Shown here piece by piece: positions 1 to 10,900 of a DNA stretch of 64,000 nucleotides. A program made the translations under genes and the position numbers. Source of the stretch: Macrostomum lignano (Eukaryota); assembly GCA_002269645.1 (NCBI GenBank), contig NIVC01004022.1:79-64078 (forward strand), in the 5' to 3' direction. Each line of letters begins with the position of its first letter. Within the stretch, counting starts at the first letter, position 1. Below the pieces are notes generated by a model that did not search any database, had not been told where the DNA came from, and saw only the letters and a list, made by a program, of their open reading frames with translations.

Positions 1-213
1 TCTCATTCTGACCCCTGATTTGTTACTTTTTCACTATTTTTAGTGATTTATGACGTTCTAGCTGTCACTTTTGGCTCCAGCCTGTCTGGGTCAAAGAGGT
101 CTTTCCAGCTTTCTCCTCACTCGCTCTGTTACCTTCTCCTTTGATTTATGGGCGTTTGCAGTCACTTTTGGCGCCAGGATGTCTAGCCAAGTGACTTTTA
201 TTATGCTTTGCAC

Positions 214-1761
214 ATGATTTATTTGACCGCACCTGTCAACTTCCTCTGGGTCTAAAGGCCACCTGGTGGGGTGGTTTTGGGGTCTTGAAGCTCAGCCAAT
301 CAGAGACGACCTGACTGCCCCGGCTCGACCAATCGGAAAATTCGGCGCCTATTTTAACAAAGCTCTCAGCCAATCAGAAAATTCGGCGCGCGTTATAACA
401 AATCGGCCGCATGAGAGCTATAGAAGGCGGCAAATCGACCCGCGCTCGAAAAGGCCTGCTTGGACCTCCCTTCTTGCACGGTCCTAACCCGTCTTAGACG
501 GCCCTTTCGGCATCTGCTGCGTTTCTTCGACGTCTGGTCCCCCTTCCCCCGGCAGTTTCGGCTTCAGCTGCTAAGCTCCCCTTTGTGAGGCATCACCAGT
601 TCCCGGCCGTGAACAAAGAGCTGCAACAGCAACCGGAAAGTGAAGAGTAACGGCGGCACTCGTCAGTTAAGATCAGCAGCAGCATCCCATCCGAGCGTTT
701 TGGTCTCTGCGGATCCCTTGGCTACCGGCAGTTAGGTCCTCTGATTGGTTTGGTGAGAGGCTATCTTAACCTGCTAAACTAGGTGTGCCCTTTGTCTGAC
801 CCCTTCCTAGGTAGTCTGATAGGATTTGCACTTTTGCTTGCTTGCTTTTTGTGTGTCAAACTCGAGGCAAAAGTTTCATTATAATACTAAAAGTAGCCAT
901 TTGCTCTGACTCAATCTAAGGTGTTTAGGATTGCGGATTAAGTGAGAAAGTTAAATCTGGAAGTTAAAGACTTGGCGTTTTCTTTCTTTTTCGCAGTTCC
1001 AGCTGAGATGAGTGGCTAGATCTAGAGGCAGAGGTCACAGTGGACCGGAAGCGGCACAGTTCTCAGTCAATCAGTCGATCTCGGAAATCACGATAAGAAT
1101 GCAAATTAAGTGCCAGACTGGCACTTTCGTGCAGTCTCAGGCAGCTAAGCGGCTAAACAAAGTTAAATATTAGTCTAACGGTCTTCAAAAGTAACAATGC
1201 ATCTACATCAACGCAATCTGTCGACGTGTTAACACATTTAGTGCCAAAAGCGTGCAGTTACGTGTATTTGTACATGTACTTCTGGGAATTTGGTAATGAA
1301 ATAGTACATTTAGTAGTGTATAAAGGCTCGCCAGCGCAAGAACCCCCTGCAAAAGTCCTCTCTGTCCCTGCATGGCCAATGCGATCTTAGTCCCAGCAGC
1401 GTCCCTTCTATTCGGCTATGACTTCGAGATTTAGACAGCTAAAAGACACTAGATGGCAGGTAAGTGCAGTGCCCCTCTGAAGTCGGAAGTCCGATTTCGA
1501 TAGCTCCGGTTTGGTGAGCCGGGGCGCACGGACTGGTGGCAGCGGGTTAGTTAATCTGCAGATTAGCTAATCTCTACCTTTCAAATTCTCCCTGCTTGTC
1601 TCTCGCTGTCTTCTCCTAGCTATAGGACCTTGTTGCTCGCCCACAATCTAGCTACCATGGGGCTGACCATCTGACGGGAGTGAGAGGCCAGAGCTTTAGG
1701 TGATTCATTTCTGAGTTCTGAGGCCCGAAGCTATAGGCTTAAAAAGGCCGAACCCATCAAT
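214..1761 (+). mobile_element. Non-coding 1.5 kb repeat unit A (family unknown); diverged inverted homologue of 4033-5543
   Basis: Collinear blocks shared with the reverse complement of 4033-5543, e.g. tgatttat..gaccgcacctgtca, agccaatcagaaaattcggcgc, ctgattggtt.ggtgagaggcta, catggccaatgcgatct, tggcaggtaagtgca, gctaccatggggctgaccatctgac, aacccatcaat. No long ORF is conserved between the copies. Confidence 0.75.
293..425 (+). promoter_or_regulatory. Pol II-type promoter motifs: three CCAAT boxes followed by a TATA-like element
   Basis: agccaatcaga (about 294), gaccaatcgga (about 327), agccaatcaga (about 368), tatagaa (419-425). Equivalent motifs occur in unit B on the minus strand (attgg at 5406 and 5448; tttaaatag at 5351-5359). 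Confidence 0.5.
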
Positions 1762-1764
1762 GGC
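1701..1764 (+). ncRNA. Hammerhead-ribozyme-like motif (atypical core) at the 3' end of unit A
   Basis: ctga-gttc-tgag-gcc...ggcc-gaac resembles the canonical CUGAUGAGGCC...GGCCGAAAC, with an insertion in the core and one A missing. A homologous motif ends unit B. Confidence 0.35.
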
Positions 1765-1770
1765 GCGGGG

Positions 1771-3005
1771 GTTGTAGCGGTGGATCCCAGGAGGGATGAT
1801 GAAGTTAACGGAGTTGAAGAGCAAGCTAGGTGCAGAGCTGATGAAGATCACTGCGGGTGTTTCTTTCTAGCAGGTCTGGCCGATTTGAAAGGTGGCATGG
1901 CACGACTGATCGTGGTCCTGCATGCAGTGCAGAGCCAGAACTGAGCGGCCTGCAGGAGCTCCCAGTGCTGTTTAACTGGAAAGGCCAAGAGGCATTCCTG
2001 GTGCATGCAAGATTGGCAGCCGGTAATGACACGAAGACTCAAAATGCCGCTAAGAAAAGTTAGTGTCGGACCTGTCAATGGCCTTGTAGTGGTGGCCAGC
2101 AGAGTTTCCTTATCTTGGCCCCACGAGCTGCCATGAGAGAGCCTTGAGGACGCTGTTGCTGGCTCGGATTGTGTTGGCCGCATGCTTATGGAATTTTAGC
2201 TCGTAGCAGCGGTCGAAGACAATGGCCAAAATTATCGGATTGGTGACGTACGGGATGGCGCTGCCAAGAAAAAAAGAGGCAAAGCTTGGCGGAACTCGTG
2301 AGTCGTCGAGGTAAAAACAGTGGCGGGGTCGATTTGCCTGCGACAGCTGCAGGTGTTTGTTGCCCGGATATAAGCAGGGCATGTCCAGCTCAGGTACAGT
2401 AGGGCTGTAAAAGCAATGGAAATGCTGGTTATGACGGATGAGCGCGCGAAGATGGTAATGTCGTCCGCGTACTGGATGAGCTTGACCAGAGGCGGAGGAG
2501 GGAGGTCAGGTCAGACAGGTAGAACGCGAAAAGAAGCGGAGAGATGACGCCTCCCTGTGGAACTCCGGCACGAAGCAGGCGAGCGTTGGAAAGCGCGCCA
2601 CGGAATTCAACCCCGGTGTGGCGCCCTCTGAGGTAGCCATGCAGCCAGTGGACGTCAGAGTGCGAGGAAGGCTACTATAGCCACCTGCAGCTTCGGACCC
2701 GGTCGAAAGCTTTTTGAAGATCGAGTGCTACCGGAGACTGCGTTTGGTGGGTTTACGGCAGTTTTGCCCGTTGCTGATGAACTGAACCAGATTATGATTG
2801 GAGCAGTGGTGGAGTGCCTTGGTCTAAGCGATGCTGCCAGTCTGGAAAGAGAGCGATGATTGAAGACGAGGAAGAAGGACTTTCTCTAAAATTTTGATCA
2901 CCGGAGAAAGAATGGAGACCGAATGATAGAAGTTGCCAAGGCGGGGTCTTTAATTGCCAGCCTTGGGAAGATCGAGAGGCATAACTTCGGCCGGCGTCCA
3001 TGAAT
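1771..3005 (-). pseudogene. 5'-truncated non-LTR retrotransposon (LINE) reverse transcriptase, frameshifted
   Basis: Minus-strand translation gives SYHSVSILSPVIKILEKVLLP, HRLRPRHST, VALDLQKAFDRV, GVPQGGVISPLLFAFYL, LIQYADDITI and GSSWGQDKETLLAT. There are several frameshifts, and the 3' end has a ctacaac tail remnant near 1771. Confidence 0.9.
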
Positions 3006-3280
3006 TATACTTGTAGAAGGTGAAATGCAGGAGATAATTTCGTCAGATTAAAAAAAGGCATCGCCGACTTCCTCAATTGGGCCTCTTTACTTGATGGAGA
3101 CAAGGGAGACTGCATGTACGTCGTTCCCCGTCCTTCTACATGTATAACTTGACGAGGCCTAGTCGACCCTGGAGCCGTCTGTGGAAGTTTAATTGGTGTT
3201 AAAAAATCTAGCTTATATATAGTTATGTACGAGTACGTTGAACTATAAGTGCGCACCGGCCTTCCAGGCCTCTGTCACTT

Positions 3281-3354
3281 ATTCTACCGGCCTGCAATCA
3301 CTTTTCGCAACTTGATTTGGCCCACGCGTTGCCTCACGGCACAGCCAAGAAGCC
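3281..3354 (+). repeat. Dispersed 75 bp repeat, copy 1 (copy 2 at 6235-6318)
   Basis: attctaccggcctgcaatcactt.tcgcaacttgattt...ggcccacgcgttgcctcac.gcacagcca...agaagcc occurs at both sites. Confidence 0.85.
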
Positions 3355-3454
3355 CTGTTGCATTTTTTATTGGTCTTGAGGTAAGGTAGCACGCTTTAGA
3401 AGGCAAAGGAAAATAAAAGGCAAAGGAAAATAAAAGTGAAAATCAACATAGATT

Positions 3455-3512
3455 AAATTAACTTCTTTCGACGCGTTTCGGTCCAACAAGGGCCATCTTT
3501 CAGGGTCTGATG
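3455..3512 (-). ncRNA. Degenerate Penelope-type minimal hammerhead ribozyme
   Basis: Minus strand reads ctgaaaga-tggcccttgttggacc-gaaa-cgcgtc, with the palindromic ACGCGT stem III typical of PLE hammerheads. The core has an extra A and stems I and II are imperfect. Confidence 0.6.
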
Positions 3513-3690
3513 TATTTTTTACTCACACAACAGCTTTTATAAGAGATAAAAAGAACAAACGTTTACTGTACAGTCCAAAGTGCGTATCAGGGTCAGAGTT
3601 TTTCAAAAGTAAATGAGCAAAGATTATGAGTACACTGATCATGAACTAGTGCCTTCACTTTGAACACCTTGAGCAAATGGCCCGCAACCA

Positions 3691-3969
3691 CTATTGGGAA
3701 AGCTGAATATTGAGACTTGGTTTTTGGTTTTTAATGTACATGGATTCGAGTATATTGAGCCTAAAGTCAGTCCTAGACCGATCAGTAATTTTGAACTGCT
3801 GAGTTTGCTCAATTTCGCAACAGCTGTTGCAACAGAGCAGGTGGTCTTGGATAGCCGACCTTTTCAACCAATGCTCCGCAACTCTGGTGTACAAGTGCCT
3901 TTTAGTTTTACCTACATAGGAAATGTTCTGGTCAACAGAATAAGAGAACTCGTACACAACACCTGCCAC
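3691..3969 (-). pseudogene. GIY-YIG endonuclease domain of a Penelope-like element (RT part absent)
   Basis: GVVYEF...SYVGKTKRHLYTRVAEH...SAIQDHL...ILESMYIKNQKPSLNIQ matches the Penelope GIY-YIG pattern. Confidence 0.88.
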
Positions 3970-4028
3970 AAGAGCAAGAGGATCACATGAGATTTCAGTA
4001 AATCTCAGTTTGGATTAGAGATGAATCT

Positions 4029-4105
4029 TTTGATTGATGGGTTTCGACCTTCGGGCTCCTTGTTAGGGAAGCCTTCGGGCCTCAGGCTCAGAAATAAATC
4101 AATTA
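4029..4105 (-). ncRNA. Hammerhead-ribozyme-like motif (atypical core) at the 3' end of unit B
   Basis: Minus strand reads ttgatttattt-ctga-gcc-tgag-gcc...ggtc-gaaa-cccatc-aatcaa. Stem II is GGCC/GGUC, and the flanking ttgatt and aatcaa are complementary. Confidence 0.4.
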
Positions 4106-5543
4106 GAGACCTGGCCCCCCACTCCTGTCAGATGGTCAGCCCCATGGTAGCTTGATCGTGTGGCGAGCAGTCTAGGTCCTATAGCTAAGAGAGGGACAGC
4201 GAGAGACGAGCAGGGAGAATTTTAAAAGTAGAAATTAGCTAATCCGCAGATCAACTAACTTGCTGCCACCAGCCCGTGCGCCCTGGCTCACCACACCGGG
4301 ACTCTCGAAATCGGGCTTCCGGCTAGAAGGGGCTTTGCACTTACCTGCCAACTAGTGTCTTTTTGCTGTCAATCTCGAAGTCATAGCCGATGATAAGGGA
4401 CACTGCTGGGACTAGATCGCATTGGCCATGCAGGTACAGAGGGGACTTGTGCAGGGGATTCTTGCGGTGGCGAGTCTATGGGGTAGCTGCATGTACTATT
4501 ACATTCATATTACATATTACATATTACATATTACATTACACTATTACATTGCTAAATACGAAGATATGTACTTTTGGCCTTCAACGCGCCAACTAGCCTC
4601 TCATAGCGCTGATGATAGACTAACTCGAACTTCAGAGACCGCATGATTCATTTACCCGAGCCGCTTGGCTACCCTAGAGTGCACAAAGTACATCTCTGGC
4701 GCCGATTCTGCACTTCTGGCAGTTTTGCTCACTGATTTGATAGATTGGTCGACTGAGAACTGCCTTGCCATTGGTCCACTGTGACCGGCGCCTACTAGCT
4801 TAGCTACTCATCTGAGCCATCGGCGAATAAAGAAATAAAACCGATAAAAATAACTGTTAGATTTAACCTTCTCCTTAGTTCACTTCACACTTCAGATTGA
4901 ATTGGAGTTTAAGACTACTAGCAGTATTATTGAATGACTTCTGCCTCAGCAACAGCACTACTGAACAAAATGAGCAAAAGTGTGCGCCTAATTCAGCTAC
5001 TGCAACAGGGGACAGATAAGGGATCACCCAATCAAGCAAGTCTAGGTAGCCTCTCACCCAACCAATCAGAAACTCAACAGCCGGAGACCAGGTAATCCAC
5101 AGTGACCGAATCGGCTCGATGCTTCGCAGCTGTAGACTCGGGATGATGCTGTCACAATCTTCGCTGTTAGCTAGCAGGTGATGCTCTTTACTTGATGTTC
5201 GCTGCTGATGACCGGGGGACTCGTCCTTGATGATGATGGGGGGAGGTCGCAATCCGGGGATCAAGAAACGACGGTCAGTTCCGGGCCGGTGGAGTAAGAA
5301 CCAGGCCAGAGTCGGAACAGGTTGAAGTCCGAGCGGGCCAAAAACACCGGTTTAAATAGCCGCCAACTGGACCGCAGTTTGTTATAATGGAACACGTCGA
5401 TTCTGATTGGCTGAGCCGTTTTGTTAAAATGAGCGCCGAATTTTCTGATTGGCTAAGCTTGTTGCTACCCAGAATCACGTGACCGAGAGATCCTATCAGT
5501 TCCCACAGGGTCGTAAAAAGATGACAGGTGCGGCCATAAATCA
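4033..5543 (-). mobile_element. Non-coding 1.5 kb repeat unit B; diverged inverted homologue of 214-1761
   Basis: Same collinear blocks as unit A, on the minus strand. Both copies stop at the same motif (aacccatcaat). Confidence 0.75.
4497..4550. repeat. Imperfect heptanucleotide microsatellite (ATATTAC)n
   Basis: catattacatattacatattacatattacattacactattacatt is read directly. Confidence 0.85.
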
Positions 5544-6234
5544 CTCAAAATCGCAACAAAATGATTTATGACTTTTCGCGTAGGATTGACGGAAATTAAT
5601 GAAAAAATATACATTAGAAAGCTCTTATTAAATAGAAAGTGAAGATAATGAAGAGAAATCGCTAATCGCTAATCCCAAAGTACTTTTAGGGGTAAAACGC
5701 ATAGCTGTCAAAGCTGTCACACGCTTGAGTGAACCCGAACAATAGGCTCTGATGAGAAATGATGAGAAAAAAGCTACCGCCCGCATCCTCTCAGACCATG
5801 CATCTGGCGCCCGCCTCAACACTGAGTGAGGCGCAGGTGGCTGTCAGACCAGCTTCGAAAGCGATGATTTATGACCCAAAAAGCTGCGCCTATGTTATTA
5901 TGACTACTAGTATGACCAGACATTATATCTAGTATACATTTTATGAAAATTCGCAGAAAAAGGATAAAAATGCCCACTGCCCACTTTTAGTAGGCAAGAA
6001 CGTTCAGAGCCCATGTGCTAGCGCGGGATTTGGGAAAAAGTGCGTCCTCATTATGATTTCACTGCTAATGACATTCCTGGGAAATAAATTGATTCATTCT
6101 GATCAGAATTTCGGTGAGATTGTTAACTTCAATGTTGAAATTGGTCCAGAGCTGCAAACCGTGTAGGCCCTGTGCAACAAACAACGAATCAGGCCAACTT
6201 TCCACTGTCTCGCTTGATTCTTTGAATGTAATTA

Positions 6235-6318
6235 ATTCTACCGGCCTGCAATCACTTCTCGCAACTTGATTTAATTTGGCCCACGCGTTGCCTCACAGCA
6301 CAGCCAATTCAAGAAGCC
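6235..6318 (+). repeat. Dispersed 75 bp repeat, copy 2 (with small AT-rich insertions)
   Basis: Matches 3281-3354. Confidence 0.85.
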
Positions 6319-6370
6319 ATGCGCACACAAAGCTGTTGTTGAGAAGCGGGAGTGTGGCTGTGAATTAATT

Positions 6371-6420
6371 CCTTGTTGGACCGAAACGCGTCGAAAGAAG
6401 TTAATTTAATTGATTTTCAC
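6371..6420 (+). mobile_element. Penelope pseudo-LTR fragment (3' half of the hammerhead)
   Basis: ccttgttggaccgaaacgcgtcgaaagaagttaatttaat...tgattttcac is near-identical to the reverse complement of about 3437-3491. Confidence 0.75.
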
Positions 6421-7581
6421 AATTCCTTTGGTCTGGCAGAACAGATTTGGCCGGTTCATTGCATGATTGTCGCAGGGGATGTAAAGGGTTGATAGCCTTC
6501 ATACAAAGTCAACCTGATCAACTGGACTACAGGGCGCTCGATCGTACATGTATGTTTAGTTTAGTAATTTTTAGTATAATTTTTAGTATATAAGCTTACT
6601 CCGACAATGGGATTTCTTAACGGATATTACGCTTTATCTGAAAAATTTACAGTAGTTCACACAAGTCCGAAGCAAGCCTTTGATGAATATGTAATTTAGC
6701 TTAAAACAAGAAGTTGTTTAAAAAAACATTTTTTCGATTCCTGTCCATGAAATTTACCATGATTCCTGAGCGAAATTCCGTACCATATAGATGCTCCCGA
6801 CGCCTGACAGACATATCGACGTGTCGTGTGATGAACGATTGCAATTTACATAACCTGTAAATGTAGTTATTAACAGCTCGTACATGCATTACAAATATTT
6901 GTATTAAGGTTGAGCTTAAGCAGATTCAGCATGATTTTATTGATTTTTAACCTTAAATTTTAAGGCTTATTTTGTTGTACACAGTTGATACAATTTTATC
7001 GAATTTTAAAATGGCGCAGTAAAATTATATATTTATAAAATTAAATCAATCATCGTCATCAATTGCTAGCTAGCGATAGCCGATAGTGCATGACTAGAGT
7101 GATAATTTTGTGTCTAGCGCAGAAAATTTCAATTCAGATTAAATATTGTATTGTATTAACTGTTGCAATTGAAAATTGCAAAAAGAATGTTAGACCTAAT
7201 TGGAATAATCTGAGAGTGAGACTGAGTCCGAGTCGCGTCTTATAAGTTATATAGTATTATATTTATTTAAGAAATTAAAACTAGGCCTAAATTGCTTTAT
7301 TTAAATCAATGCCACTGATTTCATTTTAGTAGGGACTACTTGTCTTAGGCCTAAGTAAGATTTTGATTTAATTTTAAAAGTTAGGCCTCTAGAGGCTAGG
7401 CCCTATTTTTAGTAGGCCTAGGCCCTTTTTAATAGGCTTTATAAAGCATTTATCAAAATCTTGCTTGAGAGAGACAAATAAAAAAACTTCAAACACATTG
7501 TTTTTTCAAATTAGTAAACTTAAAAGTTATTTACAAACTTTTTTTACATTTTTAACACTACATTTATAGACGTCTATACTC

Positions 7582-7617
7582 CCAGTACCAGAACCAGTAC
7601 CAGAAGCAGTACCAAAA
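7582..7617 (+). repeat. 12 bp tandem repeat x3 (ccagtaccagaa)
   Basis: Read directly. Confidence 0.8.
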
Positions 7618-7945
7618 AATAAAATACAAAATACAAGTAAAAAACGAAAATGTCTAAAATAGTACAAAATCAACTCTAGCAATTATTATAACCGTTACCA
7701 CAGCGTTCAACATATTTCGTTTTAGCGAATTACATTACAGCATAACTTAATGCCTATTAAAATGCTTATTTGAAAACGAAAAGTAAAACACCGAAATTTA
7801 ACATTCTAGCTAAAAAACCTTAAAACAAATACATATAAAACTAAAAAACCTATCAACAATTGTTGGTGATGCCATAGATACAATATAAATATACCAACAA
7901 ACTGTACATGTAATATGTTCAATTCCTGTAATTTTTCACCAAAAT

Positions 7946-10900
7946 TACTTTAGTGTACTTCGGCAGGAACCATTGTGAGTACGAAGCTGAAAACTGAGAT
8001 CTGGAAGGAAACATTATCAATCTAGAAGCCTGCAAGACGCCAACGCTCCATCTGTTCCCTACTCGAACTTACAGACTCCCAAGTCCCCCCTGCTCAGTAC
8101 ATTAATATGCAGAAAGTACTTTAGTGTACTTCGACAGGAACCATTGTGAGTACGAAGCTGAAAACTGAGATCTGGAAGGAAACATTATCAATCTAGAAGC
8201 CTACAAGACGCCAAGGCTCCATCTGTTCCCTACTCGAACTTACAGACTCCCAAGTCCCCCCTGCTCAGTACACTCAGCTGCAGAAAGTACTTTGGTGTAC
8301 TTCGGCAGGAACCATTGTGAGTACGAAGCTGAAAACTGAGATCTGGAAGGAAACATTATCAATCTAGAAGCCTACAAGACGCCAAGGCTCCATCTGTTCC
8401 CTACTCGAACTTACAGACTCCCAAGTCGCCCCTGCTCGGTACAATAATATGCAGAAAGTACTTTAGTGTACTTCGACAGGAACCATTGTGAGTACGAAGC
8501 TGAAAACTGAGATCTGGAAGGAAACATTATCAATCTAGAAGCCTACAAGACGCCAAGGCTCCATCTGTTCCCTACTCGAACTTACAGACTCCCAAGTCCC
8601 CCCTGCTCAGTACACTCAGCTGCAGAAAGTACTTTGGTGTACTTCGGCAGGAACCATTGTAAATACGAAGCTGAAAACTGAGATCTGGAAGGAAACATTA
8701 TCAATCTAGAAGCCTGAGAGACGCCAAGGCTCCATCTGTTCCCTACTCGAACTTACAGACTCCCAAGTCCCCCCTGCTCAGTACACTCAGCTGCAGAAAG
8801 TACTTTAGTGTACTTCGACAGGAACCATTGTAGTACGAAGCTGAAAACTGAGATCTGGAAGGAAACATTATCAATCTAGAAGCCTGAGAGACGCCAAGGC
8901 TCCATCTGTTCCCTACTCGAACTTACAGACTCCCAAGTCCCCCTGCTCAGTACATTAATATGCAGAAAGTACTTTAGTGTACTTCGACAGGAACCATTGT
9001 GAGTACGAAGCTGAAAACTGAGATCTGGAAGGAAACATTATCAATCTAGAAGCCTGCAAGACGCCAAGGCTCCATCTGTTCCCTACTCGAACTTACAGAC
9101 TCCCAAGTCCCCCCTGCTCGGTACAATAATATGCAGAAAGTACTTTAGTGTACTTCGACAGGAACCATTGTGAGTACGAAGCTGAAAACTGAGATCTGGA
9201 AGGAAACATTATCAATCTAGAAGCCTGAGAGACGCCAAGGCTCCATCTGTTCCCTACTCGAACTTACAGACTCCCAAGTCCCCCCGCTCAGTACATTAAT
9301 ATGCAGAAAGTACTTTAGTGTACTTCGCAGGAACCATTGTGAGTACGAAGCTGAAAACTGAGATCTGGAAGGAAACATTATCAATCTAGAAGCCTACAAG
9401 ACGCCAAGGCTCCATCTGTTCCCTACTCGAACTTACAGACTCCCAAGTCCCCCCTGCTCAGTACATTAATATGCAGAAAGTACTTTAGTGTACTTCGACA
9501 GGAACCATTGTGAGTACGAAGCTGAAAACTGAGATCTGGAAGGAAACATTATCAATCTAGAAGCCTACAAGACGCCAAGGCTCCATCTGTTCCCTACTCG
9601 AACTTACAGACTCCCAAGTCCCCCCTGCTCAGTACACTCAGCTGCAGAAAGTACTTTAGTGTACTTCGACAGGAACCATTGTGAGTACGAAGCTGAAAAC
9701 TGAGATCTGGAAGGAAACATTATCAATCTAGAAGCCTACAAGACGCCAAGGCTCCATCTGTTCCCTACTCGAACTTACAGACTCCCAAGTCCCCCTGCTC
9801 AGTACATTAATATGCAGAAAGTACTTTAGTGTACTTCGACAGGAACCATTGTGAGTACGAAGCTGAAAACTGAGATCTGGAAGGAAACATTATCAATCTA
9901 GAAGCCTACAAGACGCCAAGGCTCCATCTGTTCCCTACTCGAACTTACAGACTCCCAAGTCCCCCTGCTCAGTACATCAGCTGCAGAAAGTACTTTAGTG
10001 TACTTCGACAGGAACCATTGTGAGTACGAAGCTGAAAACTGAGATCTGGAAGGAAACATTATCAATCTAGAAGCCTACAAGACGCCAAGGCTCCATCTGT
10101 TCCCTACTCGAACTTACAGACTCCCAAGTCCCCCCTGCTCAGTACATCAGCTGCAGAAAGTACTTTAGTGTACTTCGACAGGAACCATTGTGAGTACGAA
10201 GCTGAAAACTGAGATCTGGAAGGAAACATTATCAATCTAGAAGCCTACAAGACGCCAAGGCTCCATCTGTTCCCTACTCGAACTTACAGACTCCCAAGTC
10301 CCCCCGCTCAGTACATTAATATGCAGAAAGTACTTTAGTGTACTTCGACAGGAACCATTGTGAGTACGAAGCTGAAAACTGAGATCTGGAAGGAAACATT
10401 ATCAATCTAGAAGCCTACAAGACGCCAAGGCTCCATCTGTTCCCTACTCGAACTTACAGACTCCCAAGTCCCCCCTGCTCAGTACATTAATATGCAGAAA
10501 GTACTTTAGTGTACTTCGACAGGAACCATTGTGAGTACGAAGCTGAAAACTGAGATCTGGAAGGAAACATTATCAATCTAGAAGCCTACAAGACGCCAAG
10601 GCTCCATCTGTTCCCTACTCGAACTTACAGACTCCCAAGTCCCCCCTGCTCAGTACATCAATGCAGAAAGTACTTTAGTGTACTTCGACAGGAACCATTG
10701 TGAGTACGAAGCTGAAAACTGAGATCTGGAAGGAAACATTATCAATCTAGAAGCCTACAAGACGCCAAGGCTCCATCTGTTCCCTACTCGAACTTACAGA
10801 CTCCCAAGTCCCCCTGCTCAGTACATTAATATGCAGAAAGTACTTTAGTGTACTTCGACAGGAACCATTGTGAGTACGAAGCTGAAAACTGAGATCTGGA

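Larger units (their letters stand above)
3400..4015 (-). mobile_element. Penelope-like retroelement 3' fragment (GIY-YIG endonuclease plus 3' pseudo-LTR)
   Basis: GIY-YIG ORF followed by a 3' region with a hammerhead-type motif and a 17 bp tandem duplication (ggcaaaggaaaataaaa x2) at the end. Confidence 0.8.

Noticed and set aside
266-487. Protein similarity (LSQSENSA) between ORFs 266-487 and 5275-5544
   Set aside because: It arises from the shared CCAAT-box DNA motif. The surrounding frames are not conserved.
7946-8120. Primate alpha satellite or CENP-B box, suggested by the 171 bp length
   Set aside because: I see no sequence resemblance. ttcgacaggaaccatt lacks the CGGG half of the CENP-B box.
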